DNA of 63,680 nucleotides, counting the filler, from Olpidium bornovanus S191 (Eukaryota > Fungi > Olpidiomycota), in NCBI GenBank assembly GCA_017911155.1. It is 29 parts of 29 records of this genome, joined end to end, with 100 filler letters (N's around TTAATTAATTAA, not from the genome) between each part and the next. Parts side by side here need not be neighbours in the genome. Positions count along the whole stretch, not along the records: positions 48,091 to 50,074 come from JAEFCI010003224.1; positions 50,175 to 51,911 come from JAEFCI010003040.1; positions 52,012 to 53,246 come from JAEFCI010009739.1; positions 53,347 to 59,578 come from JAEFCI010008995.1; 25 more parts are not named here. One strand, 5' to 3'. Positions within the stretch are counted from its first letter, which is position 1. Each line of letters begins with the position of its first letter. Under the pieces are notes generated by a model, which was not told the origin of the DNA, made no database searches, and saw only the letters and a program-made list of their open reading frames with translations. Positions 49,025 to 59,678 of the stretch are shown here, one piece after another. A program made the position numbers and the translations under genes.

Positions 49025-50014
49025 ATGGCCGGGAGCGCGGCCGCGCTCCGCGTCAGCCCGTGCCCGTTCTTGTCGGCAACCGCCACAACGAGGGTGGCGA
49101 GGCGCGCAATCGCCGCCGCAGCGGGGCCGCCTCCCGCAAACAAATCTGGGCCGTTCGAGCGCAGAGCCGCCGGAGCGGGCGGGGACGATCCGGCAGACGG
49201 ATACGTGGAGGTGACCGAGGGGAAGGCGGCGATCCTTTTTCCCAAACCGAACGAGGTGTTCTACAACCCGGTGCAGGAGTTCAACCGGGACCTGTCCATC
49301 GCCGCGATTCGTACTTGGGACAAGCTGCGCAGGCGCGAAGTGGCGAAGCACCGGGCGTCGTCTGCGGCTGGTGAGTGGCAGCCACGCAAGTGTGACGCTG
49401 CTGCGGGCGCTGAGCGATATGTTTGGACCCTTCTTGTAACAAACCGCTTGACGCCCTTCTAACCCGTTCGTACGTGACTGTAAAGAGGAAACAAAGCCAG
49501 AATCGGGAACAGCAGACTCACAACCAAAGGCGAACATCGTGCCAGATGCGAGGACACCCCCGAGGCTAACCTTCAAGATCCTGGAGGCACTCTCAGCTTC
49601 GGGGATCCGCTCGGTGCGATACGGGAAGGAAATCCCCAACGTCGACGAAATCATTGCCAATGACGTTGACGCGGAAGCGGTGGAATCCATCAAGCGAAAT
49701 GTCGCGCGTAACAAGTTGGAGGACTTGGTAGTGCCGAATCATGGCGACGCGATGTACGCTCGGGAAAGGCGAGGGGGTGCACGTTTCCGTTGGGCCTATG
49801 GTCACACACTGACCGAACGTCCGACGCGACGCAGAGACATCATGTACGCGCATCGTACCAACGACAAGCAATTCGACGTCGTCGACTTAGACCCGTACGG
49901 TTCGGCCTCGCGGTTTATTGACGGCGCCGTGCAGTCGGTCGCGAATGGCGGGTTGCTGTGCGTGACCTGCACCGATCTTGGCGTCCTCGCAGGCCACCGA
50001 CACGGGGAAAAGTG
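49025..50014 (+). CDS. TRM1: tRNA (guanine26-N2)-dimethyltransferase, 3'-truncated, multi-exon
   Basis: [23 protein letters not shown]; [24 protein letters not shown]; [29 protein letters not shown]. Confidence 0.96.
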
Positions 50015-51371
50015 GTAGGTGGAAAACGCGAACTCGGCGGACCGGTGTCTTGCGCGGCCGCGGGCGAATCTCAANNNNNNNNNNNNNNNNNNNNNNNNNN
50101 NNNNNNNNNNNNNNNNNNTTAATTAATTAANNNNNNNNNNNNNNNNNNNNNNNNNNNNNNNNNNNNNNNNNNNNCGCAGGCCTGGAGCGCGCTCACCGCC
50201 CTGGGCGTCTTCTACACCGTCGTCTACGCGTGACCGGGCCCCGCCGCGCCCGGCCGCGTGCGGCGGCGCATCGGGTTCCCTCTCACTTTTTCATGCACCC
50301 GCTCGCTCGATTCCGTTCTCGCGCAACCTGTCCGCCGTGCGATCCGCCCGTGCGGAAATTCTCCCTCACACCCCACTCCCGCATTTTTTATTAATTTATT
50401 TATTTTCCCCAGCACCCACGGCATTTTCCCCACTGACCCGCCCACGTGAGCACCACCGCCCTTCATGTCACCCCGCCCGCCCGCCCTACGCACCAATTCC
50501 CCCAGCCCCTCGTACCTACGACGGCGGAGGCCGGCTCTTCTCGAATTTTGCACCACCCGCCGCGATCACCCTGCCCTTCACGCACACTTTCGTGTCGGCA
50601 CCCGCACACACCACACGCCGCGTACATTGCGCTTTCGCGGCGTAGCACTGCTGATCGGTGCCGCTGGCTTCGGCGACACATACATACAGATACATCGATA
50701 CATATAATACATACACTACAGTTAGCCGGCACGGTTTATTTTTTTCCCGGCGTTGCTGCGGCTGGATGCCGCTGTTGAGAGTCAAACACCCCCTACTCCC
50801 CCCCGCCACCGGGCCTCCAAAACGCACCAAACTTGACGTGTGCGCGCCGCGCTGTATGATGTGTGGCGGGCGGAGGGAAGTGGTTGACGGGCCTCTGAAA
50901 ATGTCCGGCTGCTGCCTACTGCCAGCCGTTACGTGGAGTCGGCCCTGTTAGGGAGCGAGTAGAATTTATAGGCAAATAAAAGATATGCGACGAGGGTGAC
51001 GTCACGCACTGTTGTGCATTTTTGGGGGTTTTTTGTTTTCTTTTTTCGCTTTCGAGTCCTGGTTATGTTGAGATTGCCCGTCAGCCCGTCTGCATCGGTG
51101 TACCAAGCCGCACACTTCCCTCCCCCTTCCCGGCCCGCAGAAAATTAACTGGGGAAAATCGGAGGCTCGATCAATCGATCGTTTTTCGGGTATTTGCTGC
51201 GGCCGGCAAAATTCGGCGCCGCGCCGTCAGGGTTGAAGCAAAATGGGGCCGAATGGGGGGAACGCGAACAAACTGGAACCCAACGTGTGTACGTGCGACC
51301 CGGTCGGTCGATCAATTTTTTTTTTTTTTTTTGGCTTTTTGCCGCGCGCGCCGACATCCGAGCGTTTTTCC

Positions 51372-51911
51372 CTAGTCCAAGGCGAGCAGCGCAAATTGGT
51401 TCGACCGCACCTTCCTGCCGTCGGCCGCCCGGACTGCCCCCTTGCCGTCGAGCGGTCTCCTGGACCCGCTTTTGGCAAGGACGAACCCTTCTCCTGTGCT
51501 TTCCGCGCCGGCGGTGCGAGGCGCGCGTCGCGACGCGGCGGCAGCGCCGGCCGCAGAACGGGGCGCGTTTGGCGCAACGCAGTCCGACAGGTCTTCGAGA
51601 GCCGCGCGCAACACCCTGCGGAGGACAGGCGACGACGCGTCTTCTGTGTTCACGCCGCCGGCGGCGAGCGCCGTTCGGAACCTGGCGCCGTCGAAGATTT
51701 CTACGCCTACGCCCGTATCCACCTCCATGACCCCCGCGAGCATACGGGCGCAGTAGGCGAGGGAAAGAAATTGCGCGGCGAGCTGGACGACCCGCCGGGC
51801 CGCGGCCGGAGAAACCGCCTTCGCGCAGGCGTCGTCCTTCCGAGCGGGGTCTTCGGCCAGGCAAGCGACGACGAGGGCGGCGACCTCCCCGGCGGTCAGC
51901 TTTTGATTAAC
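51372..51911 (-). CDS. Terminal exon of an unidentified protein
   Basis: Frame open from the contig edge (LINQKLTAGEVAALVVACLAEDP..FLSLAYCARML..) to ..SNQFALLALD*. Confidence 0.5.
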   Translation of the reverse strand, partial: VNQKLTAGEVAALVVACLAEDPARKDDACAKAVSPAAARRVVQLAAQFLSLAYCARMLAGVMEVDTGVGVEIFDGARFRTALAAGGVNTEDASSPVLRRVLRAALEDLSDCVAPNAPRSAAGAAAASRRAPRTAGAESTGEGFVLAKSGSRRPLDGKGAVRAADGRKVRSNQFALLALD

Positions 51912-52916
51912 NNNNNNNNNNNNNNNNNNNNNNNNNNNNNNNNNNNNNNNNNNNNTTAATTAATTAANNNNNNNNNNNNNNNNNNNNNNNNNNNNNNNNN
52001 NNNNNNNNNNNCATGGCATAACTACTGCTTGACGGCGTGGGGAAAAAATGTGGCAAGCGTGAGTTCAAGATAAGCATTTGAATTGTAGGCTCAACATTTG
52101 GGCATACGAGTCGAGATACGAAGAGAAAATTCGACTGGTGCATTCGATATTTCGGCCGGAGCACACGATATTTCTTTCCCTATTGATTGTCAACTCAACG
52201 CGTTCTCCTCCCGCCCAATTAGAATTCACGTGTCACGCAGAAGAGAAAGAACTGCGCATCGCTCCGCAGTCTCATTCCTAAACGAAGAACCTCGTACACA
52301 CGCCAAACACCCACCCCCCTTCGCCCCCTTTCCCGTCATCGTACTCAGCGTCGGATTCTTCAAGCGGTTCGCTGAGGTGACCTCCGCCCCATTTTCCTCC
52401 TTCCTTCCCGTTTTCCGTCGTCGTCGTTGTTCCTATGTTCTGTTTGTTCGCTGTTGTTGTTAGAAAAAAAAAAATACAAACCACCCCTTTTGAAGGAGAA
52501 AGAGAGTTCACTCCCCTCCGCCCCCCCACTGTCTCTAGTTGGACAAGAGACCCCGGCGGTCAGGACCATCGCCGTCATTTTTCTGCAGATATTCAATTTT
52601 CCTACAACGTGGCTGGCCGACCTACCAGTGCTGGTTCCTCCTTTTTGCGCCTGCACACCTCGCGCGGGTTCTTTTTTTCATATACGGCCTTCACAGCATC
52701 GAGAAATACGTGGCAATATTTAGAGACGGCACGGGAAATAGAGCAAACGGAATTTGAAGTTGAGGGGAAGGACGGCATGGCAGAGATCTTCCTTGTAGAC
52801 GCGAAGCTGGAGGACATGTGTCCTTGTTTTCAAAAAATGAACGCGCTGCGGGGAGCACGCGACAACGTTGCACCGGGGCCACCTTCTTCCCTACTTGCCG
52901 GCATCGCGCGCGGCGG

Positions 52917-52947
<31 letters not shown>

Positions 52948-53346
52948 CTTGCGGCCGACCGCCGGACGGTGGGTGCGTGCGGAAGGAAGGAAAAAAGGAA
53001 GGCGGAGGGAGGAGTGAGGGGGGGGATAGGGGCACCGCGATGCCGATGCCGGCGCAGAACCCTGAGGTACGCGTGATTCGCAAACGGACGTTAATTCGCA
53101 TTGCTTGCTCACTGTACTTACTGTTTGCGAACTTGAGGGATCTCAGTCATGTTTGTATGGGAATTGCATGGGATGCCGGAACCGTGGCATAGCGTGCACG
53201 GCTGCAGCTGAAAGCTTTTTCGTGTTTTTTTTTTTTTTAATGCCCGNNNNNNNNNNNNNNNNNNNNNNNNNNNNNNNNNNNNNNNNNNNNTTAATTAATT
53301 AANNNNNNNNNNNNNNNNNNNNNNNNNNNNNNNNNNNNNNNNNNNN

Positions 53347-55352
53347 CATGAAGTTTACGTCTTGAATGGACGGAAAGGCGTCGATATGGCCCGCAGCATT
53401 CCCAAACAATGTACGAAAACAAAAAGCCCGAATCATCACCAGTCACATCTCATCTTTCGTTGTTTCGGGTCACGATGGAGGGATCGCTCAGAAAGCCGAC
53501 GGGACATACTAATGTTGATGTGACATTTCAAGCTACAGAACGTCTCAAGCGAAACAACCGGCGGCTCGTTCGGGACCTCGTCACAAGTCATCCTGGTCCA
53601 CAATTGTAACGCGAAGGACATAAGAGAGCGTGCCAGTTGCATCAGCCATCAAAAACTTCGCATTCCGTCTCTTTCCGCCGTTTCTCTTCTCTTCCTCGTC
53701 CCAATGCAAACTCACGTGGTATCGAACCGTCCACTCATATACTTATCAACGAAGCTACTACCATCGGAATTTCCCGGCAGTTTATGCTTAAGAACAGAAA
53801 CGATCTGGCTCCAGCACTCATGGGCGTCCTGCTGCGCGTAAACGCCCTGAGTTGTCTGCGCAAACTGCGGAAACAGTGAGCGGAGCATCTGCAGGAACAC
53901 CATCGGCGGCAAGCTTTCTGTCGACTTCCCAAGTTGGGAGTACAGGTCGCGCAGAGCCGCGGTCATGTTCCCTTGCTGGTCCATTCCGGTCACACCTCCA
54001 TGGTAACTTGGAAGCGACGGTTAAAATTATGGTGTATTTTCCGCGGTGGGTGTAAGACGGCATCCAAGTGCAGTACATTTCGCCGCATCAAACAGGCATC
54101 AGCGCCGCCAGGAGCACGAAACGTACAGAGCCAGCTTAGTATGCAGCTCAGGTATCGCCCTCAGGCACTGAAGAGTTGCGTTCTGCGAGAAAAAAGGAAC
54201 ATGGTCTGGCAGCTTGGCACCTGTATGCTGATTGCTTTGAAAACGCGGCAAAACAAAAAAACCCGCCAAACTTATTGAGTGCGCACTAGACGTTCGGTTC
54301 TCACCATGTAGCACGTGTTGCCGAGATTTTGTAGACCTGCAGGAATTTCCATAATCTCCGCGAGCTCCCCATCGGTCAAGTCTTCCATAAACACTACGGG
54401 CTTCTCCGGGGGTTTCGGAAGCTCGCCTGCGGTTCCCATCATCTGATGTAGATTGCAAAACGGGATTGTGGAAGTCACCAACATTGTCGAGGCAAAATAG
54501 CATTGGGCGCTAGGTAATCGTCAAAGCGGCAGCGTCGTTGCGTTTACCATAAAAGTATGGCCCTATTGGGTCCGTATTTGCAACAGTAAGCGTCGCGTTT
54601 AACGGGTGAACTGAAAAATCACACATGCAGCGAGGAGGTCGAGCGTACGTCTTTAATGTTTAAATCATTGAGAACCGTATCGTCCTGCGAGAAAAAAATG
54701 ATCCGTGTGGCAGAATTAGGTTACAACCCTGAAGAGCTTCAGCGCTCCTCTCTGTCTACGCACCAGCCGGAAATGGCGGGTTCCGGCGATTTAACGACCA
54801 CACTAAAACTTTCCGCCAGGGTTCGACCGCCAACGGTCACGGGCCGCGCTGACTCCAGCCGGTACTCCGCGAGGTGGCAGCCTGGCATCCTCACCTTCAT
54901 GAGCCCACCCTTGATCATGATCTTCTGCCTGTCAGGCGCCACGCCAGTCAGCGAAAAGAGCTTGCTTTTGAACACGAGTGCAGGCTCGTCCGTGTTAAAT
55001 TCCACGTCGTCGAATTTCTTCCCGCTCCACTTGACGGAAACTTTATGCGCAAGCAGAAGGCAGAAACGACAGCCAGAACTCCGAAATCAGCGCGAAACGT
55101 CCAGCCTGCGAAAAAGCCACGCCACGGGCAGGTCGAGGGGTTCGGGTATGGGCGCGGTGGGCGCACTGCGCGGGAAGACATCGAAGCCGCGAAGCTGACG
55201 GAAGCCGCAGCGCCTCCGCCGGCGAGGCGCGGGCAAGAAAGCGGCGACGCGCGCCTCTCCTGCCGAGCCTCGCCCACGGTCTGCCCCTCGCGCGCCTCTC
55301 CTGCCGAGCCTCGCCCACGGTCTGCCCCTCGCGCACCTTTGAGGACCGGCAT
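53347..55352 (-). CDS. UBP6: Proteasome-associated deubiquitinase Ubp6/USP14, 3'-truncated, multi-exon
   Basis: MPVLK|VSVKWSGKKF..LFSLTGVAPDRQKIMIKGG (UBL domain); PAGLQNLGNTCYM|NATLQCL (Cys box); YAQQDAHECW; LKCHI. Confidence 0.96.
55248..55332. repeat. 2 x 41 bp tandem duplication in UBP6 intron 1
   Basis: GCGCGCCTCTCCTGCCGAGCCTCGCCCACGGTCTGCCCCTC occurs twice. Confidence 0.9.
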
Positions 55353-55383
55353 CGTCGTTCCTGCGCCTCCACTCTTTCCGCGC

Positions 55384-55421
<38 letters not shown>

Positions 55422-56774
55422 CTTGGGCGGTTTGGGTGTTGGGGCTGGGGTTGAAAGGAGAGTTGAAAGGGCGCGCAGCAGAACCACGCGCTCGTGCCGG
55501 CCGCAGAGCGTCGGAACCCCGTCGCCGTTCACTTCCCCGGGACCAGCGCGAGCGGAGGCGGACCGGGGCAAAATCACCCTCTTCCCGTTCTTGTTCGCCA
55601 GCGGGAATCCGACGCCTGGGCACGACTTTCCACGGTGAGCGTCCCACCTTTCCCGCAGGACGGCAAGACTCTCCGTCCCCGGTCCGCTCTTCCGCGGAAA
55701 GGAGCGGTTTCTTGCGGAAAGGCTGGACAGCGGAGTCGGCGGCGTGACGCGTCACTTTCTGCTTCACGACCGACGCGCCACGTTATCCCCGCCGCAATGA
55801 CGTCTTTGCCCCGCTGCAAGCCGTCCTTGTGAATCTCTGTCTTCATCATTCGACCCGCGATCCCCACGGGCTGGAGTCTCGAAAACTACGTCGATGACGT
55901 AAAAAAACGGTTGGGAAATTACCAGTACTTTGCTATGTACCGTACAATGGTCACAAGAGCTCCTACGTACAGCTAAATCACAGTGCGACGGCAGTATGGA
56001 CCAGAGTTGGCCCGAAGTTCCTCGCAGTGTCGGCAGCGCGCGCACTCCCCGCGATTTGGAAAGACACTTTCTTTGCGCCCCCCACTTTCCCCCTACCCCA
56101 CCAGTCCTTTGGACAGGTGCAAGTCGAAGTGGCCATGGCCGGACAAAGTATCCGACGTTTGGCCACTGCGGCCTCACGTCGAAACCGGTCTTGGGCACTA
56201 AGCTGCAGTGCGGCACCGTCGCGCTGGAAAGGGGCCGACCTACCCCCGTTCTCGCCGAGCTTAGCCTCTGGACCGTACCGAGTCTTCGGGGATCATGGGT
56301 CGACGGGCGGACGGATCACCCGACACCTGGCTCGGTGAAGGCGCGCCGGTGGCGCCGTCGCGCTGCAAACAGGCGGGCTGCCCCCGTTCCGGCTGGGCCT
56401 AGCCTCTGCCCGCACCGAATCTTTGGAGACCCTAAATTGACGGGCGGACGGAATATCCGACACCCCTGCGCGACTGGTCACGCTTCAAGCGCGGAGGAAA
56501 AGGAGGGGAAGGTGGGGGAAGGTGACTGAGGTTCGGATCCTGATACTTTTTCACGTCTGCTGTCTGAGGGCTCGGAGTCAACGGTGCTGGAATCTGACTT
56601 CAACCCACGATGACAATGCGAACACCTTGGCCAACATCGACGCCACGTTGGCGGAACTTTCGACGGTCCGGCGAACACCCAACGGTATGATCACCTGGAA
56701 CTTATCCGTCGGAATCTGCTGAACTTGCCCCACCGAGCTTCCCATCCACATCACTAAACGAAAACACCGCGCGA

Positions 56775-56863
56775 CTCTCTCCCGCGCCACTCTCTCCCGC
56801 GCCACTCTCTCCCGCGGACTTTCTCCCGCGCCCCTCTCTCCCGCGCCACTCTCTCCAGCGCGC
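56775..56863. repeat. About 6 x 15 bp tandem repeat
   Basis: Unit CTCTCTCCCGCGCCA with variants. Confidence 0.85.
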
Positions 56864-57286
56864 TGTCGGGAGACCTTTGCCTCCGACGGGAATTCGGCAG
56901 GCTTTGACGGGCAGCTGTGGCTGTTTTACGCGCGCACTTTGCCGCAGATACAGGTGACCGCGGGACGCGGAGGTTCCCTCCTTGTGGTTATCGAAGCCCT
57001 CTTCGATACGAGCCCTGGCGCGCCCTCCCTGTTCCCCAGTGCTACCCTCCAACCCTGGGAGCTGCCGACCGCTTGTTCGAGAGCGTCGCAGTCGCAGGCT
57101 GTCAGAACTAGGCTGCTCTGGGGCCCCTCAGGGATTGTCGGAGCGCCTTCGAAGAGGTTATATTTTTGTTCGGCGGAGAGTATGTGTGTTGTGCGTACGT
57201 AGAGGAGGAAAACGGGGGGGGGGTTTGCCCGCTTATGCGCTCAAGCGCATTTATTACTGGGCGCATTAATTGCCCGACAGCGCACC

Positions 57287-57467
57287 CTCTCTCCAGCGCG
57301 CAACCCGACTTGGCGTCGAGCGCATCTTCCCTCTCTCCCGCGCGCAACCCGACTTGGCGTCGAGCGCGTCTTCCCTCTCTCCCCCGCGCGCAACCCGTCG
57401 AGCGCATCTTCCCTCTCTTCCGCGCGGACCTCTCTCCCGCGCGCAACCCAACTCGAGCGCATCTTCA
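57287..57467. repeat. About 4 x ~44 bp degenerate tandem repeat directly before an ORF start
   Basis: Unit CTCTCCCGCGCGCAACCCGACTTGGCGTCGAGCGCATCTTCCCT; shares its core with the 15-mer array. Confidence 0.85.
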
Positions 57468-57470
57468 ACC

Positions 57471-58276
57471 ATGTCCACGGCACCCCCGGCCGCTTCTACG
57501 CCGGCCCGTACACCCCCTCCGCGGAGGTGGAGCTCCTCCAGGCAAAACTTCGTATCGCTGAGCTAGAGAAAGAGAAGTTGGAACTGGAGCTGAGGGTGGC
57601 CAAACGCGATGCGGTCTCTGACGACGACGACGAGGTTGACATCCTCTTCACTGGAAACCTCGAGAAGACCAACACCACGGTCGTAGAGAGACTCGTTCTA
57701 AGCGGTTCTAAGCGACTCCGAGTCCGAGGATGAGGGCAACCCAACAGTCAGCGACGCCCTCCCCGAGCCGTTGGCCTTCGTTCTCCCGGACGGACCACTC
57801 AACACCGTCCTCTCGGAGGAGTTGCAGGAGCGCCTTGTCCGCCGCGGACGACGCTACGCTGGGCTTTCTCGGAAGGTTTCCCTGCGGCTCCCCGAGGCCC
57901 TTTTCCGTCAAGTTCCTGCCGCAGGCAAGAAGGACTCGTCCCGGCCGACGGCCACAAGGAAACAGACGGAAAAGAAGGTGGAGGGCCTGCTGGCGGCGCT
58001 GCAGCACCAAGCTCGCGCATTGGCCTGATTCCAGCACTCGCTTGAGACGCTGCAGGCGTCCATCCCGTCCTCCTCCGCGATGTCAGAAGACAACAACCTG
58101 TTGGCCGACAACACCATGCCTGGCGACCTGTTTGGTCGGGGCGCAGCGCACCTCTGCACAGCCGTCCTTCTCCAGACCGCCAACGTGAGCGACCTTGTCG
58201 ACAACTACCAGCGGCAGGCAATCAAATCTCTCGGTGTCAAACAGATGGTCGTCCCCAAGGTCCTAGCTTCGGCTTG
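57471..58276 (+). pseudogene. Frameshifted gag/ORF1-like sequence, possibly from a DIRS-type retroelement
   Basis: Coiled coil EVELLQAKLRIAELEKEKLELEL, then LSEELQERL.. and ANVSDLVDNYQRQAIKSLG; contains stops and frameshifts. Family assignment is weak. Confidence 0.35.
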
Positions 58277-58391
58277 ACCGAGTCGCCAAAAAAGACACTC
58301 GTTTTCGAGATGACCGGGATCGCGTCACCTCCGCGAGTGCGAAGGCTAACAAGAGCCTTCAGAACCTCCGCAATAAGGTTGGCACCCTGTT

Positions 58392-58600
58392 TGTACTGCG
58401 GCAAGGTTCGGCAAAGTTCAAGTCTCTTTGTATTGCGACGTCAGGTCCGAGGGAGAGCTACGGGTAAGGTGACGCACTAGCAAGAAAGGAAGGGGATACT
58501 TCCGGAAAGCTGTAAAAAACTGTGTATGGTAAAGAAGGAACTACGGAACGGGGAGGACGCTATTTATACCCGTCGGCCGAGGAGCCGAGGAACAGCGTGC
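58392..58600 (-). mobile_element. LTR copy without PBS (solo or 3' LTR), same family as 16597-16800
   Basis: Shares TGTACTGCGGCAAGGTT, CGTCAGGTC, GAGCTAC.GGTAAGGTGACG and CTACG..GGACGCTATT blocks; TATAAATAG on the minus strand. Confidence 0.65.
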
Positions 58601-59073
58601 GAATCTTCTTTTTTTGGCGAAGCGCGAATCTTCTTTTTTTTGCGACGTGCCAATCTTCTTTTTTTTTGCGATGTATTGGATCCCCTTCAAGATTAATGAA
58701 TTTCCCAAATTTTCGGTTTAACGGCACACGCGGGTGCCGTTATACCGAAAATTTGGGAAATACATTAATCTCAGCATAACGGTACCGGTACTAGAAGACT
58801 ACGAGTCTCCTCGGCGGTGACGGGCGGCAAAGGGCAGCGATGGGCAGTGACTGGCTGGGAAGGGGAGGACGGGCGGGAAGTTTTTTGGGGGGAAAAAAAG
58901 GGAAGTTTGTCAAACACCTCAATGTGGTGCTTCCCGGGCAACAGTATCCGTTTTTGCAAAACCCCCTCCAAGGTAAGATACTCTAATAGAAACCAAAACT
59001 TTTTTATTTGTTTTACATATTAATAAATATAATTCTTATTCTTCCCCCTCCCCTCCCCCCCCTCGGCCATACC

Positions 59074-59578
59074 TGTAACATAGAGTACGCGTAAAAAACA
59101 ACGAAACCCGAACACCACATGAGAATAAAACTTGGGTTCCGAATTCGACGTTTTGCCGGCATATTACATGGTAGCAACGCCCGTGACGACTAGCGCTGTC
59201 TGACCTGCCGCCTGCTTCGTCTGCTTGCCTGCCTGCCTGCCTGCCGGCCGCCTTGCTCATTTTCGACAAGCGAACGTTGTCTCGTTCAACGAAGTCTGTC
59301 TGCCTCGCCGGCCCGCCGCCTGCCTGCCTGTCTGTCGCGTATACCTGCTTGCCTGCCCGCCTGCCTGCCTGCCGGCCCGCCTGAGGATCAAAACAAGAGC
59401 CTGTACTGATTGAAACAATGAGCAATCTTGGTAGTGCCCGGTCACCGGCACCTGCGACGGAAGACTCCCCGCCGACGGTCACCTTGTCAGTCGAACAATA
59501 CCAACAGCTAATGCAACGTATAGCGTCCGCCGAGAGTGCCATGCAGCAGCAGGCGAAGTCATCGACAGACCCCACGGC
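59074..59578 (+). mobile_element. 5' end of a second LTR element: LTR end, PBS (59169-59180) and gag-like start (59418)
   Basis: TGTAA..AATAAA..TTACA|TGGTAGCAACGC, a (GCCT)n leader, then open MSNLGSARSPAP..EQYQQLMQRIASAE to the contig end. Confidence 0.65.
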
Positions 59579-59678
59579 NNNNNNNNNNNNNNNNNNNNNN
59601 NNNNNNNNNNNNNNNNNNNNNNTTAATTAATTAANNNNNNNNNNNNNNNNNNNNNNNNNNNNNNNNNNNNNNNNNNNN

